64,000 nt of DNA from an uncultured Chloroflexia bacterium (GTDB lineage: Bacteria > Chloroflexota > Limnocylindria > Limnocylindrales > CSP1-4): the NCBI GenBank assembly GCA_963735785.1, contig CAVTMH010000003.1, positions 613,708-677,707 on the forward strand, written 5' to 3'. Shown piece after piece: positions 28,343 to 42,174 of this stretch. The position numbers were made by a program, and so were the translations under genes. The notes under the pieces are model-generated. The model searched no databases and had not been told where the DNA came from. It saw nothing but the letters and a program-made list of their open reading frames with translations. Every line of letters begins with the position of its first letter. Within the stretch, counting starts at the first letter, position 1.

Positions 28343-29209
28343 TCAGCTCCAGCCGGTCAGGTCGTGCAGGTCGATCCGGCGGTCGTGGCTGTAGACGTTG
28401 AACCCGTCGCCGCGGAGGAAACCGACCAGCGTGACCCCGAGCCGCTCTGCGGTCTCGATCGCGAGGTCCGACGGGGCCGAAACGGCGCACACGATCGGGA
28501 CGCCGGCGACCGCCGCCTTCTGCACGATCTCGAAGCTGACCCTCCCTGAGACCATGAGGATCCGGTCGTGCAGCGGCAACGCGCCGGCGAACAGCTGCGA
28601 CCCGACCAGCTTGTCGAGCGCGTTGTGCCGCCCGACGTCCTCGCGGATCTCGATGAGTTCGCCGCGCGGGGTGAACAGCGCGGCGGCGTGGAGCCCACCA
28701 GTCTCGTCGAACGCCCGTTGTGCCACGCGCAGCAAGTCCGGCAGGGCCAGGACCACCGTCCGTGCGACGACCGGCCCATCCGGCAGCGGCTCGCAGCGCA
28801 CGGCGACCTCGTCGATCGACGCCTTGCCGCAGATCCCGCACGACGCCGTCGCCACGAAATGGCGCTCCGCCACCGAGGACGCGTCGAAGGGGCGCGTGAG
28901 GCGGACGACGATCGTGTCGTCCGGCTGGTTCAACGCGGCGGGATCGCCGCCCTCGGTCGAGGCCACGTCGTCGCGTCCGTCGATCAGGCCCTCCGTGCGC
29001 ATGAATCCGACCGCGAGCTCGGCCTCGTGACCAGGAGTCCGCATCGTCACCGCCACGGCCACGGGCTCCTCGTCCGGCCCGGCGGCCCGGATCTCGAGTG
29101 GCGCCTCCCCGACGATCCGGTCCGGACGGACTTCGAGCGTCTCCCCGCGCACGGTCACGACGGAGCGGGTGGCGATGTGGCGTGTCGGGGGAGCGCTCGT
29201 GTCGTGCAC
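28343..29209 (-). CDS. fdhD: Formate dehydrogenase accessory sulfurtransferase
   Basis: SCGICGKASIDE and GRHNALDKLVG FdhD signatures. Confidence 0.85.
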   Translation of the reverse strand: MHDTSAPPTRHIATRSVVTVRGETLEVRPDRIVGEAPLEIRAAGPDEEPVAVAVTMRTPGHEAELAVGFMRTEGLIDGRDDVASTEGGDPAALNQPDDTIVVRLTRPFDASSVAERHFVATASCGICGKASIDEVAVRCEPLPDGPVVARTVVLALPDLLRVAQRAFDETGGLHAAALFTPRGELIEIREDVGRHNALDKLVGSQLFAGALPLHDRILMVSGRVSFEIVQKAAVAGVPIVCAVSAPSDLAIETAERLGVTLVGFLRGDGFNVYSHDRRIDLHDLTGWS

Positions 29210-29260
29210 ACGCCGAGTGTAGGACCGGCCGCCGCCGGCGGCGCATCATTGGGCGCACCG

Positions 29261-29719
29261 ATGTCGACCGTCGTCATGGATCCCCGGCAGATCGCGTTCC
29301 TGGTCGCTGCCCGCCGGGCGATCCTGGCTACGATCGACCCCGACGGCCGACCGAGACCGGTCCCGATCTGCTTCATCGTCGATGGCGCCGACCCCACCCA
29401 TGTCCGCATCCTCACGCCGCTCGACGACAAGCCGAAGGCGTCCCCCGACAAGCGCGCGCTCGCCCGTGTCCGCGATATCAGCACGCGGCCGGAGGTCAGC
29501 GTCCTCGTCGAGCGCTGGGACGAGGACTGGTCCCGCCTCGGCTGGCTGCGTCTCAACGGACGGGCGTCCCTGATCGAGCCGGCCGATGTGGCGCCCGACG
29601 CCGTCGGGCGCCTCCGGGCGAAGTATCCGCAGTACGCGGCGCACGACCTGGAGTCGAGCCCGATGATCGCGATCGTGATCGAGCACGCGACCGGTTGGGG
29701 CGCCGTCGAGGCCGGCTAG
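29261..29719 (+). CDS. PPOX class F420-dependent / pyridoxamine 5'-phosphate oxidase family protein
   Basis: Split-barrel FMN/F420-binding fold pattern (FLVAARRAILATIDPDGRPRPVPICF…). Internal ATG at 29261 chosen; the longer ORF overlaps fdhD. Confidence 0.6.
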   Translation: MSTVVMDPRQIAFLVAARRAILATIDPDGRPRPVPICFIVDGADPTHVRILTPLDDKPKASPDKRALARVRDISTRPEVSVLVERWDEDWSRLGWLRLNGRASLIEPADVAPDAVGRLRAKYPQYAAHDLESSPMIAIVIEHATGWGAVEAG

Positions 29720-30961
29720 CTAGCGGTCGAGGAAGACGGCCTCGCCCATCGGTCGCAGGCAGTGCGTCGAGCTCATCGCCTGGAGATAGCCCCCCGCGTT
29801 GAGCAACGCGACCATGTCGCCCTCGCGGACCGGCGGCATCGGGTAGTCCTCGGCGAACACGTCGCTCGCTTCGTTGATGTGGCCCGCCACCGTGACGGTC
29901 TCGGTCCGCTCGGCCCCGGCATCGCGGCACAGGACGAGCTCCTGCGCAAAGCCGTAGATGAAGTACGCGCAGTTCACGTTCCAGCCGATGTCCAGGCCGA
30001 CGAAGGTGACCCCGCGCCGATCCTCGACCGTGACGACCTCGCCCAGCAGGATCGCCGCATCCTTCGAGAGGTGGTCCCCGGGTTCCGATGCGACGACGAC
30101 CCCCAACGGCTCGAGATGTCGGGCGACGATCGCGGCGTAGGCGTCGAGGTCGATCGCGGGCTCGTCGGCCCGAGCGGGCATGCCGAGTCCGCCGCCGACG
30201 TTGACCTCGATCACCTCGTGCCCGACGGCGCGTAACCGCTCGACGGCTGTCACCGCCGCCGGCAGCGCCCGCTCGAACGCGGGCAGCCCGTCCCGGAGCC
30301 AGCCGGATCCGGCGTGGAAATGGACCGTGTCGATCTGGAGCTCGTGACTGGCGGCCACGGCGATCGCTTCATCGAGTCGTTCGAGGCCGATCCCGAACTT
30401 GGTCGGCCGCTCGCCGCTGTATTCGAGATGGGCGTTGTACCCGGCGCCCGCCCCGGGATCGATGCGGATCCCGATCCGCGATCGCGGCGCTCGCCGGCCG
30501 TAGCGCTCGATCTGGCTGACGGCATCCAGGTTGCAGTGGATGCCATGCGCCAGCAGGACGTCGAGGTCCCGCTCGGACACGTTCGTGCCGGTATAGCTGA
30601 TCTCCCCGGGCGTCCAGCCGCACTCCAGCGCCCGCAGGACCTCACCGGGCGAGCAGGCATCGATCCCGACGCTCTCCGGTGTGCCGGGCGCGCCGAGGCC
30701 ACGGAACACCTCGAGGACCTCGGGCAGCGGATTTGCCTTGAGGGCGAACCGCAGTCGAAACGGTACGCCGGTCCGCGCGAAGGCCGACTGCAGCCGCCGG
30801 GCATGCTCGCCGAACCGAGGCCGGTCATAGACGAACAGCGGGGTCCCGTGCTCGCGGGCCAGCGCCTCGGCATCGACCCCGGCGATCCGCAAGCGCCCGT
30901 CGGGCGTCAGATCAAGGCCAGGACGGACCCACCAAGGGGCGGTCGTGGCCGGGCTGGTCAC
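29720..30961 (-). CDS. PLP-dependent decarboxylase, Orn/DAP/Arg decarboxylase family 2 (diaminopimelate decarboxylase-like)
   Basis: FALKANP (PLP lysine), HFHAGSG, EPGDHL, CAYFIY motifs typical of LysA/ODC fold. Confidence 0.75.
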   Translation of the reverse strand: MTSPATTAPWWVRPGLDLTPDGRLRIAGVDAEALAREHGTPLFVYDRPRFGEHARRLQSAFARTGVPFRLRFALKANPLPEVLEVFRGLGAPGTPESVGIDACSPGEVLRALECGWTPGEISYTGTNVSERDLDVLLAHGIHCNLDAVSQIERYGRRAPRSRIGIRIDPGAGAGYNAHLEYSGERPTKFGIGLERLDEAIAVAASHELQIDTVHFHAGSGWLRDGLPAFERALPAAVTAVERLRAVGHEVIEVNVGGGLGMPARADEPAIDLDAYAAIVARHLEPLGVVVASEPGDHLSKDAAILLGEVVTVEDRRGVTFVGLDIGWNVNCAYFIYGFAQELVLCRDAGAERTETVTVAGHINEASDVFAEDYPMPPVREGDMVALLNAGGYLQAMSSTHCLRPMGEAVFLDR

Positions 30962-31227
30962 GCCAGGACGCGCGGTCGCGAGCGGGCCTGTCCGCTCCCG
31001 GGGGTCCAGCGATTCGGACCCTCCTCCACGGGAACACCGATCGACTCGACCAGGTGACGGGATGCGTGCGCGATCTCAGCGATTGCGGCTTCGAACGCCT
31101 CCTGATTACGAGCACTCGGTTCACGATAGCCGCTGAGCTTGCGGACGTACTGGCGGGCGGCGGCCTCCAGTTCGCCCGTCGTCGCCGTTTCGCCCGGGCG
31201 ACGCAGGGTCTTGATGCTTCGGCACAT
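30958..31227 (-). CDS. DUF2277 domain protein
   Basis: MCRSIKTLRRPGETATTGELEAAARQYVRKLSGYREPSARNQEAFEAAIAEIAHASRHL matches the conserved DUF2277 N-terminus. ATG overlaps the upstream stop. The longer track ORF is an extension. Confidence 0.7.
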   Translation of the reverse strand: MCRSIKTLRRPGETATTGELEAAARQYVRKLSGYREPSARNQEAFEAAIAEIAHASRHLVESIGVPVEEGPNRWTPGSGQARSRPRVLA

Positions 31228-31528
31228 ACCCGTACGGTACGGCGCATCGAGACCGTCTGCCAGCCGGCGAGGCCGCACGGTCTTCGGCTCGCTGAGCACC
31301 GCGGGGTCGTTCCGTACCGCGCGTCGTCCACGCCCGAATGGCCCTTTCCGGTGCCCCCCGACAACACAAGGACCGTTGAGCCGGGTGTTGCAAGGCCCAC
31401 TGGAAGGCACCCGGGGTATGCTCCCCATCGCACTTGTCCAAGGCGTGCTACCCAGCTGGCGCGTAAGTCGACCCGAGAGCTCGTTGGGGGATCCACCATT
31501 GTCTGCCATCAAGAACCTGTCTGACCGC

Positions 31529-34459
31529 GTGTCCGCCGTATCACCTCGCGTCCGCGGCCGCTTCATCCGGCCGATCGCGGCCGCCATCGCGGTCACCCTG
31601 ATCGCCACCGGCATCGCCGCCGCATCGACACCCGTGACGAACGGCTACCGCGACCAGGCGTTCGGCGGCGGCGCGTTCCGACCGACCAGCGACAAGCCGC
31701 AGTCGAAGCTCTGGTACACCAACGGCCAATGGTTCGCCGGGATGTTCCTCAACAAGACCACGGCCCCCCCGAAGTCCGAGTTCCGCATCCACCGCCTCGA
31801 CGAGGCGACGCACTCCTGGGTCGACATGGGTGACGTGATCGACACCCGCGACCAGTCGACCGGCGACTACCTGTTCGATGCGAACGCGCTCTGGGTCGCG
31901 TCCACATATCCGACCAACGGCCCCGCCACCATCGACGACGGGATCAACATCTTCAAGTACATCTACACCCCCGCGTCGAACACGTACGCGGTCGCCCCGG
32001 GCTTCGGCGCCACCGGAATCACGATCCCCGGCACCCGGGGTGGGACCACGACGACCGGCGGCTCCAGCAGCGTCACCATCGATCGTGACTCCACCGGACG
32101 ATTGTGGGCCGCGTGGTCCGTCTTCACCGAGGTGCGCTACAGCACCTCCGTCGATGGCGGGCTGACATGGACCAACCCCGTCAAGGTCCCGACGCAGGGC
32201 ACCAATACGGTCAAGGAGGCGGGCGCCACCAGCGATATCGCCAGCGTGATCGAATTCGGCGACAACGTCGGCATCGGCTGGAGCGATCACGACGGGTTCC
32301 CGACGACCGCGGATAACGGCTACTACTTCTCGGTGATCGCCGAGGGTGCCGATCCCACCGTCGCGGGAAACTGGTCGCTCGAGAAGCTCCCCACGCTCGT
32401 CGTGGGCGCCCCGAACGAGGTCGCCGACGACCACCTCAACTTCAAGGCGCACAGCAACGGCACCGTCTACATGGTGGGCAAGACCGGCAAGGACACCGCC
32501 GGTTGCGCGACCAACCAGAACCAGCCGCTCGTGCCGTTCTTCCGCCGGACGACCGCGGGCGTCTGGAGCACGCATCTCGTCGGCACGGTCGGCGATTGCA
32601 ACACCCGGCCACAGCTCGTCATCAGCGAGGAGCTGAACACCGCCTGGGTATTCCTGACCTCGCCCAACGGCGGCGGCGTCGTCTACGTCAAGTCAGCGCC
32701 GCTGTCCGGACCCGGCGCCCTCGTGTTCCGTGGGACCGCCGATACGACGATCCAGCGCGGGACTCCGTTCATCCGGAGCGCCACCGAGACCGCCATCGAC
32801 GACCCGACCACAAGCAAGCACCCGGTTTCGGCCGCCAGCGGCATCGTGGTCCTCGCGAACAACCTGCGCAACGCGACCTCCGGGCAGAAGAGCTTCTACC
32901 TCCACAACGAGATGTCCATCCCCGCAACGGACGTGGCGCCGCCGACGTCGGGTAGCGCGGTGGCGATCAAGGGCGGCTCGGCCCACACCGCAACGACCGC
33001 GGTCACCGTCGACGTGCCCGCGTCCGACGCGGGCAGCGGCATGAGCCTCGTCCGCCTGTCGAACTCGAACACGGCGTCCGGCGGTGTGCTCACCACGGGC
33101 CAGAGCTTCAACTACATCCCGACCGTCCCCTGGACGTTGCCCGCCGGCGACGGCCTCAAGACCGTCTACGTCCAGTGGCGCGATGCAGCGGGCAACTGGT
33201 CCGGCATCACGAGCGACACGATCACCCTCGACACCACGGCGCCGACCGGCACCGTCCAGATCAATGGCGGCGCGGCCGCCACCACTTCTCCGAACGTGAC
33301 GTTGAACCTGTCCGCCACCGACGCAGCCGGCGGCAGCGGCGTCCACTCCGTGCTGATCTCGAACTCGACCGACTTCTCCGGCGCCAGCCCGATCCCCTAC
33401 GCGGCCAGCGTGAACTGGACGCTCTCTGCGGGCGACGGGACAAAGACCGTGTACGTGAAGTTCGTCGATGCGGTGGGGAACACCTCCGCATCGCCGGTCA
33501 GCGACACGATCAACCTTGATGCCCCACCGACCGGGACGGTGCTGATCAACGGTGGCAAGGTCGGGACGAAGACCACCGCGGTCTCGCTGACCTTCCCGAA
33601 CACGGCCAGTGACGTCACCCACGTCCGGGCCGCCTCCCCGAAGTTGGTTGGTGGCGAGCCGTGGCAGGCCTACAGCCCCGGCATGACGCTGCCGATCACG
33701 CTCAGCCCGGGGGGCGATGGGACGAAGACCGTCCAGGCCCAGTTCAGGGACGCCAGTCTGACCCCTTCGGTGAAGGTCGGCGATTCGATCATCCTTGACA
33801 CGATCGCGCCCGCAAGGCCGTCGGTCCCGGTCCATTCGCTGAGCAACCCGGTCTCCGCGAAGGTCAACGTCCACCTCACGTGGACGGGGGCGGACACCGC
33901 CGGCAGCAAGTTCGCGAGCTACGCCGTTCGACAGAGCGTCGACGGTGGCGCCTTCACGATCCTCGGCTACCCGACCACGGGCAGCTTCGACGTCCCGGTC
34001 GATCCTGCGAAGAACTACGTCTTCCAGGTCGCCACCCTCGATGGAGCCGGGAATGTCAGCCCGTGGGCGACGTCCGCTACGATCCGCGCGGAGAACCACG
34101 CGGAGACGAGCGCGGCGATCGCCTACACCGGATCCTGGAGCACGCAGACCCTGACGAGCTACATGGGTGGCACCGCGAAGGCGTCGAGCACGGCCAATGC
34201 GACCGCGACGTTCACCTTCACGGGCAGGCACGTGGCGTGGCTGTCACGCCTGAGCAACATCAACGGACAGGCCCGGGTCTACGTCGACAACGTGCTCATC
34301 GCGACGGTGAACACGTTCTCGTCGACCGTGCAGCCCAAGCGGGTCGTGTTCACGCGGACGTTCTCCACGGCGGTGAGCCGCAAGCTCAAGATCGTCGTGC
34401 TCGGTACCCCGACGACCAATCCGCGGGTGACCATCGACCAGTTCTTCGTCCTCAAGTAA
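31529..34459 (+). CDS. Secreted BNR/Asp-box repeat (sialidase-like beta-propeller) protein with three tandem ~95-aa Ig-like repeats and a C-terminal lectin-like domain
   Basis: Signal peptide MSAVSPRVRGRFIRPIAAAIAVTLIATGIAAAS. Asp-box YSTSVDGGLTWTNP. Repeats each end with …DG(L/T)KTVYVQWRDAAGNWS / …DGTKTVYVKFVDAVGNTS / …DGTKTVQAQFRDASLTPS. Start could also be the upstream TTG at 31500. Confidence 0.65.
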   Translation: MSAVSPRVRGRFIRPIAAAIAVTLIATGIAAASTPVTNGYRDQAFGGGAFRPTSDKPQSKLWYTNGQWFAGMFLNKTTAPPKSEFRIHRLDEATHSWVDMGDVIDTRDQSTGDYLFDANALWVASTYPTNGPATIDDGINIFKYIYTPASNTYAVAPGFGATGITIPGTRGGTTTTGGSSSVTIDRDSTGRLWAAWSVFTEVRYSTSVDGGLTWTNPVKVPTQGTNTVKEAGATSDIASVIEFGDNVGIGWSDHDGFPTTADNGYYFSVIAEGADPTVAGNWSLEKLPTLVVGAPNEVADDHLNFKAHSNGTVYMVGKTGKDTAGCATNQNQPLVPFFRRTTAGVWSTHLVGTVGDCNTRPQLVISEELNTAWVFLTSPNGGGVVYVKSAPLSGPGALVFRGTADTTIQRGTPFIRSATETAIDDPTTSKHPVSAASGIVVLANNLRNATSGQKSFYLHNEMSIPATDVAPPTSGSAVAIKGGSAHTATTAVTVDVPASDAGSGMSLVRLSNSNTASGGVLTTGQSFNYIPTVPWTLPAGDGLKTVYVQWRDAAGNWSGITSDTITLDTTAPTGTVQINGGAAATTSPNVTLNLSATDAAGGSGVHSVLISNSTDFSGASPIPYAASVNWTLSAGDGTKTVYVKFVDAVGNTSASPVSDTINLDAPPTGTVLINGGKVGTKTTAVSLTFPNTASDVTHVRAASPKLVGGEPWQAYSPGMTLPITLSPGGDGTKTVQAQFRDASLTPSVKVGDSIILDTIAPARPSVPVHSLSNPVSAKVNVHLTWTGADTAGSKFASYAVRQSVDGGAFTILGYPTTGSFDVPVDPAKNYVFQVATLDGAGNVSPWATSATIRAENHAETSAAIAYTGSWSTQTLTSYMGGTAKASSTANATATFTFTGRHVAWLSRLSNINGQARVYVDNVLIATVNTFSSTVQPKRVVFTRTFSTAVSRKLKIVVLGTPTTNPRVTIDQFFVLK

Positions 34460-34557
34460 CCGCCCAGCAGGTCATGCGCCGGTCCTGACGGGCCGGCGCC
34501 GACGCCACCCCGCGGCGAGTCAACCCTGCGGCGGACGCACCCCGGTACCGTAGACGT

Positions 34558-35469
34558 ATGCGCGCCGACAGCCGGCCCCGGAGCACGCGTGCCCTGATCG
34601 TCCGGATCGCGTTGGCCGTCGTGCTCGGACTCGGGCTTGGGCTCGCGATCGATGTCGTCCGGTCAGGCGGTCCCGGCGCCTGGTTCGCCCTGCGCGGACT
34701 GCCGGCGCCGTACCTCCCCTTGGGCGACGAAGTCGACGTCGACGGGCGCTCCGTGTATCTCGATTGTCGGGGCGGCGGCGTTCCGACCGTCGTCCTGGAA
34801 GCCGGGATGGGCAGCGGCGCCGCGAGCTGGAGCCCGGTCCACGACGACCTCGCCCGGACGACCCGGACATGCGCGTACGACCGTCCGGGGCTCGGGTCGA
34901 GCGATCCCCGCGGCCGCCATACGCTCGCCGACACGGCGACCGACCTCCGCATGGCGCTCGATGATGCCGGTGAGGTGAGCCCGTTCGTCCTCGTGGGTCA
35001 CTCGCATGGCGGGGACTACGTGCGGGTCTTCGCGGGCCGATACCGCGAGGACGTGGTGGGTCTGGTCCTGGTCGACACCTTCGATCCGGACCTGCATGCG
35101 ACGTTCATCCATCCCCTGCTCGGAGACCTGCGGCCGGAATACGACACGACGCTCGATGGCCTGCGTGCGCTCGTCGCCGATGTCGAGGACCTGGACTACG
35201 CGGTCTCGGAGCGGCAGCTGCGTGACGCTTCGCTGGTCGGGCTGCCGATCGAGGTCCTGCGCGCCCCGCGCGGGGAGCCCCGGCTGGATGCCGCGACGAA
35301 CGAAGCCCTCGCCGAAGCGATCATCGCGGCCTACGATTCCCTCTCACCAGGGCGGGTGCGCTTCGAGCTCGCGTGGGGGGCCGGACACATGATCCACATC
35401 GACCGGCCCGACATGGTGATCGCCGCCACTCGCCGGATCGTCGAGGCGGCGCGCGTCGGGGACCGTTAG
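34558..35469 (+). CDS. Alpha/beta hydrolase with N-terminal membrane anchor
   Basis: N-terminal TM helix. HGGGVPTVVLEAGMGSG… and the GHSHGG nucleophile elbow. Confidence 0.75.
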   Translation: MRADSRPRSTRALIVRIALAVVLGLGLGLAIDVVRSGGPGAWFALRGLPAPYLPLGDEVDVDGRSVYLDCRGGGVPTVVLEAGMGSGAASWSPVHDDLARTTRTCAYDRPGLGSSDPRGRHTLADTATDLRMALDDAGEVSPFVLVGHSHGGDYVRVFAGRYREDVVGLVLVDTFDPDLHATFIHPLLGDLRPEYDTTLDGLRALVADVEDLDYAVSERQLRDASLVGLPIEVLRAPRGEPRLDAATNEALAEAIIAAYDSLSPGRVRFELAWGAGHMIHIDRPDMVIAATRRIVEAARVGDR

Positions 35470-35506
35470 CGTCGGTTCTGGACCCAACCTGTTCGGAGAT
35501 CGCCAC

Positions 35507-35953
35507 GTGCCCAGGATCGACGCCTCCGCCGTCATCGATCGACTCGGCCTCCGCCCGCACCCGGAGGGCGGCTGGTACGCCGAGACGTGGCGCGCCCAGT
35601 CCGATACGGGCGTGCGGCCCAGCGCCAGCGCCATCCTCTACCTGCTCGCAGCCGGCGAACGCTCCCACTGGCACCGGGTGGATGCGGCCGAGATCTGGCA
35701 GTACTCGGCCGGCGACCCGCTCGAGCTGCGCATCCTTGCCGGCGAGGGTTCGGAGATCGTCACGCACCGGCTCGGGGCGGGCACGAGCGAGGATGCGGGC
35801 GTGCCCCAGGTCGTCGTGCCGGCCGACGCGTGGCAGGCGGCGCGCCCGTTGGGCGCATGGACGCTCGTCGGATGCATCGTGAGCCCGGCCTTCGACTTCG
35901 CGGGCTTCGAGCTCGCCCCCGACGGCTGGGAGCCGCCCGGTCCTCCGTCGTGA
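35507..35953 (+). CDS. Cupin domain protein (DUF985/cupin_5-like)
   Basis: LGLRPHPEGGWYAETWR…SAILYLLAAGERSHWHRVDAAEIWQY cupin_5 signature. Confidence 0.7.
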   Translation: MPRIDASAVIDRLGLRPHPEGGWYAETWRAQSDTGVRPSASAILYLLAAGERSHWHRVDAAEIWQYSAGDPLELRILAGEGSEIVTHRLGAGTSEDAGVPQVVVPADAWQAARPLGAWTLVGCIVSPAFDFAGFELAPDGWEPPGPPS

Positions 35954-35960
35954 GCGCCGA

Positions 35961-36635
35961 TCAGCGCGCGGCGTACTTCCAGGACATGGAGCCCGTGTAA
36001 CAGTGGCGCAGCTTCAGGCACAACCCGCCGGTGAGGTCCCACGTCCGGCCGCTCACGTACGGCCCGCGATCCACGACCGGGGCGGTCACGACGCGGCCGT
36101 TCGAGGGGTTCTTGAAGGTGATGCGGGTGCCGCAGGGGAGCGTCCGGTGGGCGACGCCCACGAGAGATTCCGTCATCGCCTGGCCACACGCCGTTCGCTT
36201 GCCGTAGAAGCCCGGGCCGTACCAGGACACGTTGCGGTCCAGCCGCCAGGTGTTCTTCTTGATCGTGCCGGTGCGTGCCTGCGGTTGGGCAGCCGACGGC
36301 CGAGCCTGAGGCGGCTCTGCGCTGAGGTCTGGCTCGACCATGGTCGAGGTCTCGTCCAGGTTCCCGTCAGAACGGGCCCCCGGATCGAGGGGCGAGGGCG
36401 TCATCACCGGCCCGCGGACAGCCGCTATCTCCACCGAGGCGAAGAGGTCAGCGGAGGGGGTCTGGAGCGAGCTGGGGGCTCGCGAACCCACCGGTCCGGG
36501 GACGGCGACCGTGGCGAACGCGGCGATGAGCGCTGCGATCGCGACGACCTTGGGGCGTCGCACGTCACGGGAACCGTACCATCGATCCGCGTCGAGCAGG
36601 GGTTGCGTGGCCACGCGTCGGCATCTCGATTCCAT
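35961..36635 (-). CDS. RlpA-like double-psi beta-barrel lipoprotein
   Basis: C-terminal VSWYGPGFYGKRTACGQAMTESLVGVAHRTLPCGTRITFKNPSNGRVVTAPVVDRGPY is a DPBB_1 (RlpA) domain. N-terminal TM/signal. Pro-rich linker. Confidence 0.7.
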   Translation of the reverse strand: MESRCRRVATQPLLDADRWYGSRDVRRPKVVAIAALIAAFATVAVPGPVGSRAPSSLQTPSADLFASVEIAAVRGPVMTPSPLDPGARSDGNLDETSTMVEPDLSAEPPQARPSAAQPQARTGTIKKNTWRLDRNVSWYGPGFYGKRTACGQAMTESLVGVAHRTLPCGTRITFKNPSNGRVVTAPVVDRGPYVSGRTWDLTGGLCLKLRHCYTGSMSWKYAAR

Positions 36636-36649
36636 GCCAGACTCATGTC

Positions 36650-37570
36650 GTGATCCGGCGCGACCTTCGAATCGACGGACCCTTCGACCTGTCCGGGACC
36701 CTCGCGCCACTCGTCCGGGGCAACGGCGACAGGACGATCCGGATCACCTCGCGGGAAGCCTGGTGGACGACGCGGACCGCGGCCGGACCCGCGACGCTGC
36801 ACCTGGCGGTCGGGCCGGGGACCCTGACCGCCGAGGCCTGGGGCGCGGGAGCGGAGCTCGCGCTCGAACGAGCCGGCCGACTGGTCGGCGTGGAGCCCGA
36901 CCGCCAGTCGACGGGTGCCCTGGCCGGCGTTGACGATGGCCGGATCGCCTCGCTCGCCCGGGGACGTCCTGGCGTCCGCACGCTGCGGACCGAAGCCGTG
37001 TTCGACGCTCTCGTTGCCGGCATCGTCGAGCAGAAGGTCACGGGGTTCGAGGCGCATCGCGCGTGGCACGGGCTGGTCCGGACGTACGGCGAGCCGGCAC
37101 CCGGACCGGCCGCTCGCGAGCTGGGTCTCCGGCTGTTCCCGGCGCCGGCCACGCTGGCCGCGCTCCCCTACTACGCGTTCCACCCGCTCGGCCTCGAGCG
37201 CCGCCGGGCCGACCTGATCCGGGCGGTCGCGGTGCGCGCGCCGTGGTTGGAGGCCATCGTGGGTCTGCCGCTTCCCGAAGCCTATCGCCGGTTGCTGGCG
37301 GTCCCTGGCATCGGTCCGTGGACGGCCGCGGAGGTGGCCGTCCGAGCGTTGGGGGACGACGACGCGGTGAGTGTCGGCGACTTCCACCTCCCGAACCTCG
37401 TGGCCTGGGCGCTGGCCGGCGAGCCGCGCGGCCACGACGCCCGGATGCTCGAGCTCCTGGAGCCGTACCGCGGTCGGCGCGCGCTCGTCGTCCGGTTGCT
37501 GGAGCTCAGCGGGATGCGCGCGCCGCGCTACGGACCCAGGCTCGCTCCGCGCGGGATCGTGGCGATCTGA
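36650..37570 (+). CDS. DNA-3-methyladenine glycosylase II family (AlkA-like HhH-GPD)
   Basis: [33 protein letters not shown] is a HhH-GPD motif with catalytic Asp. Confidence 0.75.
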   Translation: MIRRDLRIDGPFDLSGTLAPLVRGNGDRTIRITSREAWWTTRTAAGPATLHLAVGPGTLTAEAWGAGAELALERAGRLVGVEPDRQSTGALAGVDDGRIASLARGRPGVRTLRTEAVFDALVAGIVEQKVTGFEAHRAWHGLVRTYGEPAPGPAARELGLRLFPAPATLAALPYYAFHPLGLERRRADLIRAVAVRAPWLEAIVGLPLPEAYRRLLAVPGIGPWTAAEVAVRALGDDDAVSVGDFHLPNLVAWALAGEPRGHDARMLELLEPYRGRRALVVRLLELSGMRAPRYGPRLAPRGIVAI

Positions 37571-37625
37571 GGAACGGGCGGCCTCGGCTACACTCGGGCA
37601 TCGTTCCACGAGGCCGCCCGCACCC

Positions 37626-41369
<3,744 letters not shown>

Positions 41370-41424
41370 CCCGCGATGGGAGCGTCGAAAACCCATCGAG
41401 CCGACACGACGTATCGTTGACGTG

Positions 41425-42174
41425 ATGACGACCCTGGATCGGTCCCAGCGCACGCGGCGCAGCCACTTCGCGGCCCTGGCGCTCGCAGGCGCGCTGCTCG
41501 TCGCGCTCGCGCCCGCCACCGGCGGGGCGACGCAGTACACGCGGGACGTCTCGAAGCGCGCCGATTTCGTCGCCCAGACGAACTTCGTCCAGTGCGTCGG
41601 CGCGAGCATGCAGATGATGCTCAACATGATCCAGCCCGGCAACGATCGGAGCGCGGCCACGCAGCTCCGGCTGCAGAAGCTGGCACGTGCCTGGAGCGGA
41701 TCGCGACCCGACGGCCGTGAGCGACAGGGCGCCAGCGTGCGTGGCTGGGCGGCCGGCCTCAACATCCTGGGTGCCGGGCCGTACCGGCTCGTCGGCGAGA
41801 AGAGCCTCGCGGCGGCGATGCGGACCGCGGCGAAGGCCATCACCGCGACGGGGCGGCCCGTCGGCCTGCTGGTCTGGCGCGGCCGCCACGCCTGGGTCAT
41901 GAGCGGCTTCACGGCCACGGCAAAGCCCGGGACGACCGACGACGTCCGCGTCACCAGGGCCATCGTCCACGATCCCCTCTACCCGCATGGGAACGCCGTG
42001 TGGGGACCGAGCCCATCGCCGGGTGCGGCGATCAGCCTCTCGGCGCTCGGGCGCCAGTTCGTGCCACGCCGGATGTCGAATCGGATCGGCGGCCAGCCGA
42101 GCAGGCTCGGCGGCAAATATGTGCTGGTCCTCCCGTACGAGACCGACTTCAGCGTCTGGTCGGCGGCTCGCTGA
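41425..42174 (+). CDS. Secreted hypothetical protein (possible papain/C39-like cysteine peptidase fold)
   Basis: Signal peptide (HFAALALAGALLVALAPATGGA). Q…C-x-G-A-S motif (QTNFVQCVGASMQMMLNM) reminiscent of peptidase C39 nucleophile region. Weak call. Confidence 0.4.
   Translation: MTTLDRSQRTRRSHFAALALAGALLVALAPATGGATQYTRDVSKRADFVAQTNFVQCVGASMQMMLNMIQPGNDRSAATQLRLQKLARAWSGSRPDGRERQGASVRGWAAGLNILGAGPYRLVGEKSLAAAMRTAAKAITATGRPVGLLVWRGRHAWVMSGFTATAKPGTTDDVRVTRAIVHDPLYPHGNAVWGPSPSPGAAISLSALGRQFVPRRMSNRIGGQPSRLGGKYVLVLPYETDFSVWSAAR

Noticed and set aside
34478-34501. GC hairpin GCGCCGGTCCTGACGGGCCGGCGC after the BNR gene as a terminator
   Set aside because: Stem is imperfect with a 9-10 nt loop and no U-tract. 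Plausible but too weak to list as a feature.
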